Source: Haliotis cracherodii
Lineage: Eukaryota
DNA: 64,000 nt
Assembly: GCF_022045235.1 (NCBI RefSeq)
Contig: NW_027266297.1
Span: forward strand, 53,258,001-53,322,000
Direction of reading: 5' to 3'
Positions 49,811 to 62,414 of this stretch are shown here, one piece after another. Positions within the stretch are counted from its first letter, which is position 1, and every line of letters begins with the position of its first letter. Under the pieces are notes generated by a model. The model was not told the DNA's origin and did no database searches. It saw nothing but the letters and a program-made list of their open reading frames with translations. The position numbers and the translations under genes were made by a program.

Positions 49811-51646
49811 ACTTACGTCTACTTGGAGTATTTAAGCTAGGGGGTGTACAAATACACTAAACATTGTTATCAAGCGTCATTGACACGAACAGTGTTGTTT
49901 CAGTGATATCAGCGTTGATCAAAAACAACAAAATCAGACAAGATATATCTGCCCTTGTGGAAATCCATATGTATGGAATCGTTAAAACGTGTTTATATGT
50001 TAACGGCCACCATCTAGTCTTTTCGTGTTAAAATGTGATGGCAACGGCAGCAACATTTGAGGTCAATTCCTCGTATGATGTATACACTAGCCTAACTGTT
50101 AAAATTATGGGTATTCTGAAATTTTCACACGACGAACACTCACGGACATTTAAATGATAATCTGTGATAAAACAATTACCGCCAAAAGTGGGAGGACTTC
50201 ATTTACACGTTTTAACGACAGAACGAACATTTAATCACCTCAAAACAGACAAAGACCACTATATGTCCATCTGAATATCGACTTTTTTTCAGAAAGATGA
50301 TGGTGTCAATTTGTAATGAAATCGAAGTTTCCAATAAAAGAATGCTGGAACGAACTCGGATAAGTTCATTAATTGTCGGGTGTTTCTGGAATAGCGTGAA
50401 AATACTTAACGGGCCATGAATATAATCAGTCATTGCACATTTATAGTATAACATATTATCGCTGGAAGCTTTAAGGTGAATTGTTAATATTTACATGTGT
50501 AACTCACCGCCTTGGCTTGGGAGGAATTGCAAGCACTTTCATCAGTTCAAATCGTCAACGCCAAAGAATAATCAGGACTACGTCCCGAAACAGATTCCAT
50601 AGAGCGTAAAAGGCAAAATAGTTAAGGAAAATATGTACATGGATCACTGAAAATCAGTGATTGCACCAGGTGTTAGCGAAAAGGGGTAAGCATGTTCCGC
50701 TCTACCGGTAGCAACTACACTCACACAAGTTTCATGCTATACAACTGTAATGCATTGTGTTATGTTGTGTTATGTTTAGGCGAAGTCACCATTCACCTCT
50801 GACTGAATCGTGACAGAATGTTAGTCATGGAATATATATATAGGAATTGTAAAGCCGGGTAGGGGTGGGCTGTCTGTTTATGTTATATCCAGTGCATTAT
50901 GAATGTGATCACTTTTTACTGTTCGGTGTTGGCTGCGTAATATGTATATTAATTGAGATTTGCTCGCGTGATTTTTTTGGAGTCGAAAAATGTATATTGA
51001 GACAAACCGATTGCGTTAAGGCGCACTGACAAAGATCAACCAACTGAAGTTTAAAGATTTATTAACACTAGACAAGAACAACGAAGCTAAAGCATTAAGG
51101 CTATAGGGGCAAGAAAAGTGAAACACAATAATTTCTTGTGATTTTGTTGCGAATATTAATTTTCCAAGAAACATTTGTCAAATATTCATGATATTCGTAG
51201 AAATTATTTACATGTCCAACTGGTTTCATCGGCTGATATGCTTGACGCGTTTAACTATCTTGTTTTTTAAGGCGTTATACATGAGGTACTGTTTTGCTAT
51301 TTCTGTTAATCCTACAAAAAAAAATAACATTGCATACATTGTTGGAGGTGTGAAGCGAGCTTTGATCCGTGACATTGTGAATAATAAAAATAACAATCGG
51401 TTACAAGCGTCTTAATTGTATTTTTTCAACAAGCGCTTTATTACTGAGACCGTGTTTGGGTAGTAAAACACCAGCTGCCCTCGGCCATATTCCACACAAT
51501 GCGTCCACTGAGTAAACAACTGAAGGCATCGTGTTGTCACCAAGCTGACAAAAGTTGTGGACACGGTGATCAACGGACATAGGTCTGATCGTCGTGATTG
51601 TTGAAATTGCGCACCGGAATAAACGCACCCGTTTTAACCCCAGTAA

Positions 51647-51657
51647 GGGGAATCCCC
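51647..51657. promoter_or_regulatory. NF-kappaB/Rel consensus match upstream of R8
   Basis: GGGGAATCCCC, with two GGGAAATTT half-matches within 35 bp; motif match only. Confidence 0.3.
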
Positions 51658-51766
51658 TCAGTGGCGGGAAATTTACGTTTGGGGGAAATTTTGAATTCGG
51701 CTATCGTGTTGTATCGTCTGTTATACGCTATTTCCGTTTTTCAAATTGAATTTTGTTCAAGCATAT

Positions 51767-52000
51767 GTGAGTGAGTGAGTTTAACGCCGCTTTTAAGAGT
51801 ATTCCAGTTATATCACGGCGTGTCAGCTTAGTGTGGGAGGAAAGCCCGAAGTGGTGCAGGTCTCAGACGTTTACCACTTCGGTGAAACCCACGAGCACGG
51901 GTATGGTGCTGACAAACCTAGAAACATAATCGGGGCGAACCGGGATACGAACCCACAATCATAGGTTTCTGGCGTGCCCAAGGGGCGCAACTCTGCCCCC
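51767..52000 (-). mobile_element. SINE family A
   Basis: High similarity to 27546-27813; the head is truncated. Confidence 0.88.
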
Positions 52001-52254
52001 CAAACATTTGTGATTAAGTATGCCCTAGAGTATTAAAATCTGCAAAGTTGCAATGTTAACTTTACTTGTCCTTTAAGGAGCAATTGGAAGTTTGACTCAC
52101 ACAGCTAGCGTGAGTACGTCCAAACAGGCGAATAAACACTACTTAGCAGCACTGATGTTAGCTTGCCAGTTCTGATATCGAGCTGACCCGATCTAAATAC
52201 ACAGAGGGTATTACTAGTCTACACACGTATACGTTGCCACGACGTCCGTCTAAA

Positions 52255-53761
52255 TATACTGAACAACAAAAGTTCCTGTGATATTGAATAAGATTTAATG
52301 CAAAGTTATGTTTTTTACCAAATCTGAAACAATTTCGGTTTGCAACAGATAAGAGACTCCTGTAAGTGTTCAAATGGTTTAATTTGTCATACTGACTTCA
52401 GAAAATGCGTGATTTCATTAAAAAAACCCATTAACATGCCAAAATGTCAATTTACAAATCAATAGCGTGTGTGTCCACCTCTGGTTGTGATGCAAGCAAC
52501 ACACCCTCGTCCCAGGCGTCGCACAAAGTCCTGTGGGATATCTGTCCATATCTGCTGGAGCATGTTTCAAAGTTCCTGGAGTGTCTGTGGAACGTCGGTT
52601 GACGTCGAAGGCGCCTATCCATCTCATCCCACATGTGCTCGATTGGTTAGAGATCAGGCGAGCCACCCGGCCAGGGGATGACATTCACGTTGTTTTGTTG
52701 AAGAGAATCCTGAACAAGTCGAGCAATATGAGGCCGGGCGTTGTCATGTTGAAAGGTAATGCCTGGGCCATGAAGACTAAAAAAACGGTAGAACAACAGG
52801 GCCGATGATCTCGTCGCGTAGCGCTGTCCATTGAGATTTCCCTCTACCACTATCAAACGGGTCCTCTGTCTTGCTGTAATCCCACCCCATACCATAACGC
52901 TGCCGCCCCCGAACCGATCTTTCCCTATGACACAATGATAGACGAAACGTTCGCCTCGACGTCGGTACACTCGAATCCGTCCATCTCTGTGGCTGAGGTG
53001 AAAACGAGACTCGTCAGTGAATAGAACTTGTCCCCACTGCATGGCCGTCCAGCGTAGACGCTGTCTGCACCACTGTAGACGTGCTTGGCGGTGGTTTCCT
53101 GTCAAAATGGGACGTCTGGTGGGTCTTCTGGCGACAATCCCTGCACATCTGAGGTGACGACATACGGTTTGTGAAGATATTCCTCGAAGGCCAGGGATGC
53201 TTCTTGCAGTCACTGTTGCTGGCTGGAATAGATTTCGTAGGTGTGTTGTTCGAATCCAGTTGTCTTGTCGATTATTGGTAACGTGTGGCCTGCCACTCCG
53301 AGGATGGTCTCTGACTGCATTCGTCTGTTGCCAACGTTGCCATAAACACCAAATGGTGTTTCCGTGGACGTTAAATTGTCTTGCAACATCACGTTGACTC
53401 GATTCTGCTTCAAGCATACCAATGGCTCGTAAACGCTCGTTTTCGCACACGCGTGGCATTTCGTTATAATGTTGTATAATTGCGTAATTTTGTTTTTTTT
53501 CTGAGTGGTTGTTGTCAGCACGATGCTAAACAATGCATATGGAATCCCGTTAACGCATATGTTTTATACCCATTCTTGGGTAGTGAAATGCATGGGGCTT
53601 GCATAAAAGTCAACTTTTGCATGGAATGCATGCTTTTCTGTAGCAGTTGCGTTTTTGTGACTTGATTCCACACATGTACTATAATAATGAAAACCAAACT
53701 TGACTTGTTTGAAAAATACACTAAAATATTGGTGTCACATGAACTTTTGTTGTTGAGTGTA
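52255..53761 (-). mobile_element. Tc1-family DNA transposon, defective copy 2 (near full length)
   Basis: Same TIRs as copy 1. ORF 52647-53459 has an HTH region, VLFTDESRF, FQHDNARPH and SPDL*PIEHMWD, with a nonsense codon just before the catalytic E and a short compensated frameshift. Confidence 0.95.
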
Positions 53762-54332
53762 GATTAGTATATATCGGATCAAACGACCTTCTTCTTCTGT
53801 TATGTAACCAACTTCTGCATGCACAGCTGAACAGCGACTTCGGTCTTTCAACTTCCATCTTGATACCGACGCGACCGTACAAACTGGTGTCCAGTTCGGG
53901 AATTTCTCCCAGCGTATATTTAACATTATCTACCAGAAGGCGAACAACATGCGGACGTCGGAGATGAAAAACTCGGATAGTCTTTCACCCCAAGCGGCTA
54001 GCCAAGGCAAAAGAGTGTGTTTTTCATTTGCATTTTAATTTACATTAGTATCAAGAAAATTATGCTAATGTGCAGCGTTTGCACTTTACATAGATGTTTT
54101 ATATACAATAAAGGTCCAAGTGGTTTATTAGTTACCGCCCACAAGGTCACTAAAACACAGGGGGATTTAACATTTCATATACAGGAAGCAGTAAAAATAC
54201 TAGGGAACCTCGTCACCCCACCACCCCATCTCCCTCCTCAAAGTGGTATTTCCATTTTTTAGTTTGTCAGGCTGTAACAGCAAGCTCCACCACACAATAC
54301 CAATCACCGTAGTAAAACAAATGTGTCAGTGT

Positions 54333-55763
54333 TTATGCCGTGGGTAATACCAGGTCATAGAGATGTTCCATATCAACGGCTTTCTTAACATACGTACCGT
54401 CAGAACCTAATACTGTTAAACATTTATCTGCATACATTAGCGTACTTCTAGAATCTGCACAGTAGTCCACGTCCAAACCTAATGTTTGAATTCGTCTTGA
54501 CAGATGTAAACCAGCACGTGAATCGGATGGCGCATAATCTTCAACTTCAGACAAACTGTTTAACTCAGCAGAACATACATCTTCGTACATCTAGTATTTT
54601 CCAAGATTTGTTGCCATTGGTAGCTTATCTGCATCTTCTGAATCAAAGAGTTCTTTGGTCTGTTTACTGGATGAAACCGATAGTCTTCACGTCGCCTCTC
54701 CGGAATATCTAGTTTGGGAAGATACTTCGTCCTATTCCATCCTCCCTCCAGGTTTTCATATTGGACAGATGAAATTAAGTGCGGCACTGAGTCAAGGTCA
54801 GTATCATGAATATCCCAATATTTATGAGGGGAATCATAATCTGTGGATTTAGTATCCTGCGTTCCATTTCTACCCACCACGTCCAAGGCTGAAGCATTCT
54901 GGTTATGAGTTGTTGGATTCGTCTCCGATCTAAATGGAAGGTTAAGATTACTGTACACAGATCTTCATTTCACTGATTTAAACACTTAGATTTGTTTGAG
55001 TCACAATCCTATAAAGTAGACGTTTCCACCTTTAATTCATTACAAAGTTGATAATAACGTTACTGGGCTGATATTCTGGCACGATGTTCTTAGAGTTTAC
55101 GTCCTCTGATGTCTGTATTTGTAGGTGCATATTTTGTAGAAGAACTCCTCCAAGAAGGACAACTCCCAGGGTTGAACAGGTAATCAGGACGGCGTTGGGG
55201 TCCAATTTCTGCAAATACTCGTCACCTAAATAAATAATCGAGTAGATATGTTTCACAAACATGTAGTGACGAATGGCATGAGGAAAGTGGTGACCACAAG
55301 GTACAATTCAATATTGTGTATATCGATACACGGACCCGTAGTGGTTCAGAACATGTCTTGGTTGCATTCCCGCATCGACGACAGTTACCATCTGCATGTA
55401 GGTGCTCACAGTTGTCACAGCATGGAGTCAGGAGCACTGCAAGTTGTAACATTATACCACAGATTGTTGTCTGAATATCATTGTGCCACGTCGGAAAGTT
55501 TGCTGGGGAGCTGAGTTTACTATACGTCCCCATGAACAAGTTCAAAGTGAAACATGTCAACATGAATTTTATGCTTCAAATATCTACACGCATTTATACA
55601 TTCATATAAAACAGATTACATAGTTATACAACATTATTGTTGTTGTTTTTCACACTTTCTTTTAATGGTTATCACCCATCATCCTATTTTATCATCAAAA
55701 TAGACGTACCTTTTGTAGGTCTGACACAAAGAACAGCACCACCAACATGTACGCCACATCCAT
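54333..55763 (-). pseudogene. R9: disabled transmembrane receptor with a very small Cys-rich ectodomain and Tyr-rich tail
   Basis: Signal exon 55763-55710 (MDVAYMLVVLFFVSDLQK), Cys exon about 55470-55330 (PCCDNCEHLHADGNCRRCGNATKTC), TM exon from 55225 (AVLITCSTLGVVLLGGV) and tail exon 54929-54333 (VQYENL, MYEDV, HLYDLV). The tail has an apparent frameshift, with stops at 54732, 54687 and 54591 in the frame of the final motifs. Confidence 0.7.
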
Positions 55764-55817
55764 TTCTGGGAAGCCGATGTCGCAAATGTAAATAAACGTA
55801 AAGTTGTTTCAATATCT

Positions 55818-56060
55818 GTGAGTGAGTTGGGTGTAACGTGTCGGTGAACAGTATTTCAGTATTTCAGCTTTATCGTGGTGGCACAATGTGGGACGAAACC
55901 CCAAAGTGATGCAGGCCTTAGATGGTTGTCCCTTTAGTGATAACTTAGGATCATTATTATTGCGAATCCATGATGAATCCACGATTACTGTATCCTTCCA
56001 CTACTGGGGGATTTATCAAAACCAACTGTGATGCATTAAACGATTGGGCAACTCGTGCTC
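55818..56060 (-). mobile_element. SINE family A, highly degenerate
   Basis: gtgagtgagttgggtgtaacg...aagtgatgcagg...acgattgggcaac. Confidence 0.5.
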
Positions 56061-56265
56061 CATTTGAGGACGTTGTGTGACCACGCTACAAATGAATTGC
56101 GCTGTGTTACCTCCACAAATATGAAGCTCAAGTGATACAGGTCTTAGAAGTTTCGATTGTAATAAGGTTGTTAGTCAGTTGTACATAAGTATCGTTATCA
56201 CCTCCACCTGAATGACATTGAAATGGACAAATGATTGTACTTACCTCGAGCGTTTGTTTATACCA

Positions 56266-56431
56266 GTGAGTGAGTGAGTTTGGTTTTACGCCGCTTTTAG
56301 CAATATTCCAGCAATATCACGGCGGGGGACACCAGAAATGGGCTTCATACATTGTACCCATGTCGGGATTCGAACCCGGATCTTCGGCGTGACGATCGAA
56401 CGCTTTAACCACTAGGCTACCCGACCGCCCC
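56266..56431 (-). mobile_element. SINE family B, full length with 12-bp TSD
   Basis: TSD TTGTTTATACCA at 56254-56265 and 56432-56443; tRNA-Asp-like head (GTCAC GCCGAAGATCCGGGTTCGAATCCCGAC). Confidence 0.92.
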
Positions 56432-59400
56432 TTGTTTATACCACCGATGCTCACACGATGTATGGTAGCAAAAAAAGACGTGATACTTCAAACAACTGAA
56501 ACCGGGCGGCAAGACATTTCAATTAACATACTAGATTACATTTATTGTAAAAAGGAAGTATTTAGGTGATATTCACAAATTCAATAAGTGACACAGATAC
56601 ATTTGTGTAATTCCATATACCAGTAGTTGCCAGTAAGACCAAGTTGGTTTCTTGTGATGTAGATATAGAATAATTATCCCTCGTGATCAGAAATTTAACT
56701 GCATTGTTTCTAAACTGAGGAATTGAGGTATTCATCTGAAATATATTTATATGTACATTTGATGTGTTTTTTTGTCATGTGTATGAACTGCTATGTAGAA
56801 CATATTCATCCAGTACAAGTTAACGTAACAGTTACCAAAGCTAATGGTGCTGGCATGTTAACACTGTTATAGTACAGGATAATGAATTTAGTTGATGCAC
56901 TGTTTCGTATCAAGGCATCAGCAACATTTAACACGAACATTTACTTATTGCAAATGCAGTTTCAACTGTAATGTATCGTTGTTCCTACTGGGAGATATTT
57001 CCACTCTGTTATGCATTACGTATTACGGCGTGTCGGCTCACATGAATATTCTTAGCGGAAACAAAACCTTTTGATATCAGTTCGTTCCTTCATTTTCGCA
57101 AGTCCTAAAACAGTATTTGCTACGAGAACAGAGTTAAATCTGAATAATCAATCAAACACAGCTCCAGTCAGGTTAAACATATCCACATGATCATTTAAGA
57201 GACATGACTTCAATGTAACATTAGAGCAGTACGCTCTACAGTAAATTATATCTTACTCCGGACATATATGCATTCACATATGCCACAGTATTATTCAAAA
57301 CCGATATAGACATGTTTTATGTAATAGCCGTCATTTAGCCACTGGTTAGTCAAGTGACAATATCTTATTATTTCAGAGGACCCGAGCGCGTATGTTGCCT
57401 AAGAATTTAATCCACACTGACAGAGCCTGAAGGACAATCTGATATGGTTTTTTTACAATTATGGATGCAAATATGCAGATTTTAAATACGAGTCAACTCA
57501 CGGTCTACTAGAAATGCAGATGTGATATGGAAATGTATAGTTCATCACACATATCATGTCATGCATCCTAATACACGTTAGTCAGGTCTGGAGTCTTGAT
57601 ATGACTTGGATGAGTCATGGCTCAATATTTATGACGTATCCCGCTTGCAATTACTCGCCGTCAAGCAACACCAATATATAGGATCAACCCAGGTTCACAG
57701 CAAAGGTTGCCTCGAGTGACAAGTGAGGATATGTTCAAAGCTCCAGTAAGTCCAAGGGAGGTTACTCATTTTAGGATCCTTCTATACTTGTATATGAGAT
57801 ATGTGTGTATTGTGAGTACACTTTTTATTTTGATGATGTGTCACTTTGTTCTTGATGTAGATTTACTCGCTGAACTTAAAGCACAAGCGTGTAATTCAAC
57901 ACCAATTCAAGGATGAAACACAAAAGGGCATCCCAAGAAACCTCCTCCAAACGTATGTCAGTGACAGTAATCGTTTCAGAGCGTAGGATTGCGGTTCAAT
58001 ACATGTGCATCCAACAACGCAGTACATATATCATATGTTTGTAGATAATATCTGAAGAACCGTGATGTGATGAGTGAAAAGTCAACCGAGAGTCATTTAA
58101 TGGCAATAACGGACATGTAGAAGCGCTTTCCGTGACAATGTGACATGAACATGCACTTGAAGGGGTTGAATATAAAATGTTGTGTGTATTAGATTACTGT
58201 AGATAACACACATCTTGTATCTTTGAGGTGGACATATTCATCGGTTGTCAACTTAAAGTAGGAGGAAAGCCCAAAGTGAACGTATCTGGCACTTTGGCGA
58301 AAGCAACAAGGACGTGCTCAAACAAGGAATCATAATAATAGTGAACATCTGAACCATGGATCTCGACCTTGCACGGCGAAGGGACGCAACACGTCACATC
58401 TTAGATGGCTTGTACAGCCCGCTCTTTTTTCTGTCTAGTTCAGTCATCTATCTGATTAACTTAATGGTGAAGCATTTGCAGCTACATAAGAGACAGATCA
58501 GAAATAATAGCTGAGATATTTTCGGGATTATTTTATATATTGTCTGCACAAGTACTGTCCTATCGGTAAAATGTGTGCAAGTCGTGACCACGTATGAGAA
58601 CATAGATAGAATTGCTGCCGTGTCGAAGATGAACCAAACAAGTAGCACAAACAAACTCTCTGAATCATTGTTCATGCCGGATGCATTGATGCATGCTATG
58701 TGTATGCATTGACCACCTGTGCAAGTGGTACATCAGCACAGTAGCATGCACACTATCTGACACTCTTTTATTGACTTTGGTTTATGGACACGTTCAGTAA
58801 AAGATATTGTACGAGTGACAGTACTTTACCCCAAAAGTCCTCTAACTGACTTCGAGGACAGCTATTTAGTCCACGAATAGCACATACGTGTATAAGGGAA
58901 CGGTTCGCGCAAACCACCACTCACGGCCCACGAAGCCACGGTCCCTGTGTCTGTGTGAATCTCCGTGTAAATGCAGTTTGAGTGAGTATAAAGTGTATTG
59001 GTTTGAGTACATCATTAGGGTACTGTTACTGCACGTTACTGCACCAGAGGCTCCTCTAGTTATCCTCTAGTTAAGAGAACAATACGCGGAATGCAGTTGT
59101 AGATTTCAGTGAGAGTACTGCACACGTTATCTGTGACGTCACACTATTGGTTGTTATGCTCGTCGCTAAAAATAGTTGACGTGCTCCAGATGTGACCTTA
59201 ATGTTAAACTGACTCACTCACTTTTCATTTGTTTGTATTACAGCACAACAAACTACGTCAAAACTCTTTATTCAAGACAATAAATAATGTCAATGAAAAT
59301 AATAATGGCAGTGGCTGTCAATGATACTTGTACATGAAAAACGCATTTATCTGGGAAATGTTTGAGCAGTCTCATATTGTTAATTATATCACTATGTATA

Positions 59401-59578
59401 GGCAACTTTGCAGGGAATATACACTACATTTAATTTCTTTATGAGATTCAGTAAGGTAACACACCTGATAAAAACAGCAGTCCTTTCCTACACGACAACA
59501 ACAATAACATATAAGTGTTTACGTGACGATGAATGTTTACATCATATTTTGTCTTATGTCCATCATGGGTTATTCTGG

Positions 59579-61159
59579 TTACAAATATGAATATCTCAAC
59601 ATGTAAGTTAACAAAACCACTAGGTTCAGGTAGGTCGATAAGTTGGATGTGTACCAGCTCGAGCCATTCCTCGAAGTGATTTCGTGGATGTTGTCACCTG
59701 AAAGTATATTTGTCCTACATCAGTACAAGTGTCACACACGATATAATTTACCCCAGGACTCTCTTTGTACGTGGACAGAGAGATGTGGAACACACACGAC
59801 GTACATCAGAATGCAGGGATAACATCAAATGATGATAACTGAAACGAGAGGGAAACTCAAACATTTTTTCTCAAATGTTGATCAAAGTGAACATAAAATC
59901 AATACCATATTCATTTCGCCATGATGTGAATCACATTTCGGGCTAATACAAAACATTTTAGTAATGTATTCTATCGCCGTGACGAGTGAATATGTCTGGC
60001 TCTTGAATCCCATTTGACCACGTTTTTCAACTTATTGGACACAAGAAATACGAAAAGGTCCAAATGCCTACCTGTGTGTCTTTTGTTCTCTTTTACATGG
60101 AGACATGTCAAGTCGGGTAGCATGTGATGCAGGCAGGACGAAGTGCACGTCTCTCCACATCTATAACCTCCCTTTGCCTCCAGGCATATGATACAGTCAG
60201 CATCACAGTATGTCCTACACGTGTCCCCGTGGTAACCGAGTTGACAACTACTGCATCGACCATCTCGATCACATGTCTGGTTAAAACACGTGGCACTACA
60301 TGGTCTAGTGCAGTCAGTTCCCCAGTAGCCTTGTGTGCATCTGGAACATTCCCCAGTCTCTTGAGAACATGCCTCACAGTTACCAGAACACTTCAGCTTA
60401 CAGTCGAGGGACATCCAGCCATCTACACAGCCCTGTCTGCAGACTGTAGAGTTCATTCTGTGGTCATAGAAACAATCCTGATCTCTACAGTGTCTATTAC
60501 ACTTCTTATTACAGTGACGCCCGTGAACACCGTGTTTACAACCTCGGGTACACGTATGGCTCCCGTTCTGTTCACATGTGTCACCGTGACATCCCCCTGG
60601 ACACCTAGTGTCACAACTGTCACCGGCCCAACCGTTCCTGCAGCCTCTAGCACACGACCCGTCATAGAAGTAGCAGGAGTTGTCTTGACATCTGTCACTG
60701 CACTTCCTCTCACACCAGTCTCCCCACCAGCCGCCTTTACAGTTTTGCAAGCACACCCCACTTTCACGGTCACAATACACCTTACCATCATCATTCTTTC
60801 TGCAGTTGGGAGGACATGTAACGTTACAGTTGTGAGAAAAGTAGCCTGCCCGGCACTGTTTACATATCCCAGTGTCCCTGACACAGACGCCGCTATCACA
60901 GAAGGAACAGTTAAAGTTACAGTCACCACCATACCATCCTCTCTCGCAGGCAGGGCAGGGGTCTGATGCAGATGGCCAGAGACAATGACGCGAGTGAGGT
61001 GCTCCGATAATACACGAAACTGCAAAAGTGTTCACAACATGTATTAATAAATACTCAGTGTTAGTGAAAAGCAATTTACTCACATAAAGCAGATTAACTT
61101 TACTTACCAGAACATAGCAACTGTACTAGTAGAACTGTTCTTGACATATTTGTATCCAT
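59579..61159 (-). CDS. R10: EGF-repeat protein with GPI-signal-like C-terminus, paralog of R8 (372 aa)
   Basis: Exons 61159-61108 (MDTNMSRTVLLVQLLCS), 61019-60072 (EGF array) and 59697-59579 (GDNIHEITSRNGSSWYTSNLSTYLNLVVLLTYMLRYSYL*). Total 1119 nt. Confidence 0.88.
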
Positions 61160-61659
61160 GTCGTCCTATAATGATAAAAATGTTTATTATCATCATCCCC
61201 GATATTACTTGAATTCTAAATCTAAAATAGAAAGGGTATTATATTTAGGGCAAAGGTTATTTCGAAGTAATAACTGATATAATGTTTCATTAATTTATAT
61301 AACCTAAACTAATATATTATACCTTAGCATGTAATTTCAAGAATTTGTTATGCCTTTCAATGCCTGTATTCTAACAATATCTTTGCAAATTACCTTCCTT
61401 GCCTTCCTTTGCTTCGTCCTAATTGTTCCCTTCATTATATAGGCAGTTAGAAAAGATAAAGGGAAATCACCACTTCGTCCCAACTACCTGTAATGTTAAG
61501 ATCAACTCCTGTGATTCATATTCTCTGGAAGTCATGGCCTTATCAGCGGAAATCTAGTCTCAATGGCTTACTGTGTCATTAGGTCACTTTATCTAAGCAC
61601 TTATTGGTTCACAATCTCCTGTCATCAACATAAGCTCCCCCAGTTGTTTCCGAGCAGAA

Positions 61660-61669
61660 GGGAAATCCC
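61660..61669. promoter_or_regulatory. NF-kappaB/Rel consensus match 0.5 kb upstream of the R10 ATG
   Basis: GGGAAATCCC; motif match only. Confidence 0.35.
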
Positions 61670-62414
61670 CTGATATGCATGTCCTGTCAAGTTGTCCCGG
61701 GGATAGGGCAAAGGGCGTAGAACAAACCTGGGACGTTTCTACACAATAGACAAAACAAATACAATGTTTTTTTAATTGATCACAAGTATCAAGTTACACC
61801 ATTTCAATGTAACTAATCAACCGACGACGGGATCGTGTTTAAACCCTGACTCATGTCTATTCAACCAATATTTTTAATCATAATATTATCTTCTACAGGA
61901 TCCCCTCCCATGTTCATGACATGGGAAATAAACAATAACAAAATACCTGTTTAAATGCCCTTTTTAATGAAACAATAATGTGATAATGATTTAATCAGGA
62001 CTGGCTGATGCTGACGTAATATAATGAACGTATGCGGCAGGGGGTTCACAATCTGTTCTCACCTCGAGTATTTCTAAGAAGACGTTTGGCCTCATTTCGT
62101 GTATATGTAAATCTGTTATCTCTTATTCCTCGGTAAGATAATTCAGTTCGCTTCCTTCTCCAGTCATGTTCGGTAAAGATATATAAGTGGGCCTATCTTG
62201 ATAACTTCCTGTTTACATCGGTGCATTTACACAGAGAAGCCATAACAAATGATAGTGAGCTTCTGTACAAAATCGACGCTTTGTCAGTGACACAAAGACA
62301 TATTTGCATATTAGTTCATGTAGAAATCAACCTGTATTTCCAACCAGGATGTACACAATGTATGTTGTGAGGTAAATATGCAGACAAAATATATTTGTTT
62401 TCCAACCAAACCAA

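Noticed and set aside
56340-56431. tRNA-Asp-like gene (also tRNA-like heads at 18650, 19930, 36400 and 44820)
   Set aside because: These are SINE heads: they are attached to SINE bodies and tails, some have TSDs, and the acceptor stems do not pair properly.
59752-59838. Extra R10 exon
   Set aside because: The phase-1 reading stops after four codons (VIII*); it could give a secreted isoform but nothing supports that.
699-61159. Gene symbols MEGF10/MEGF11/SCARF1/drpr
   Set aside because: No EMI domain or NPxY was seen and the genes look like lineage-specific paralogs, so orthology cannot be shown from sequence alone.
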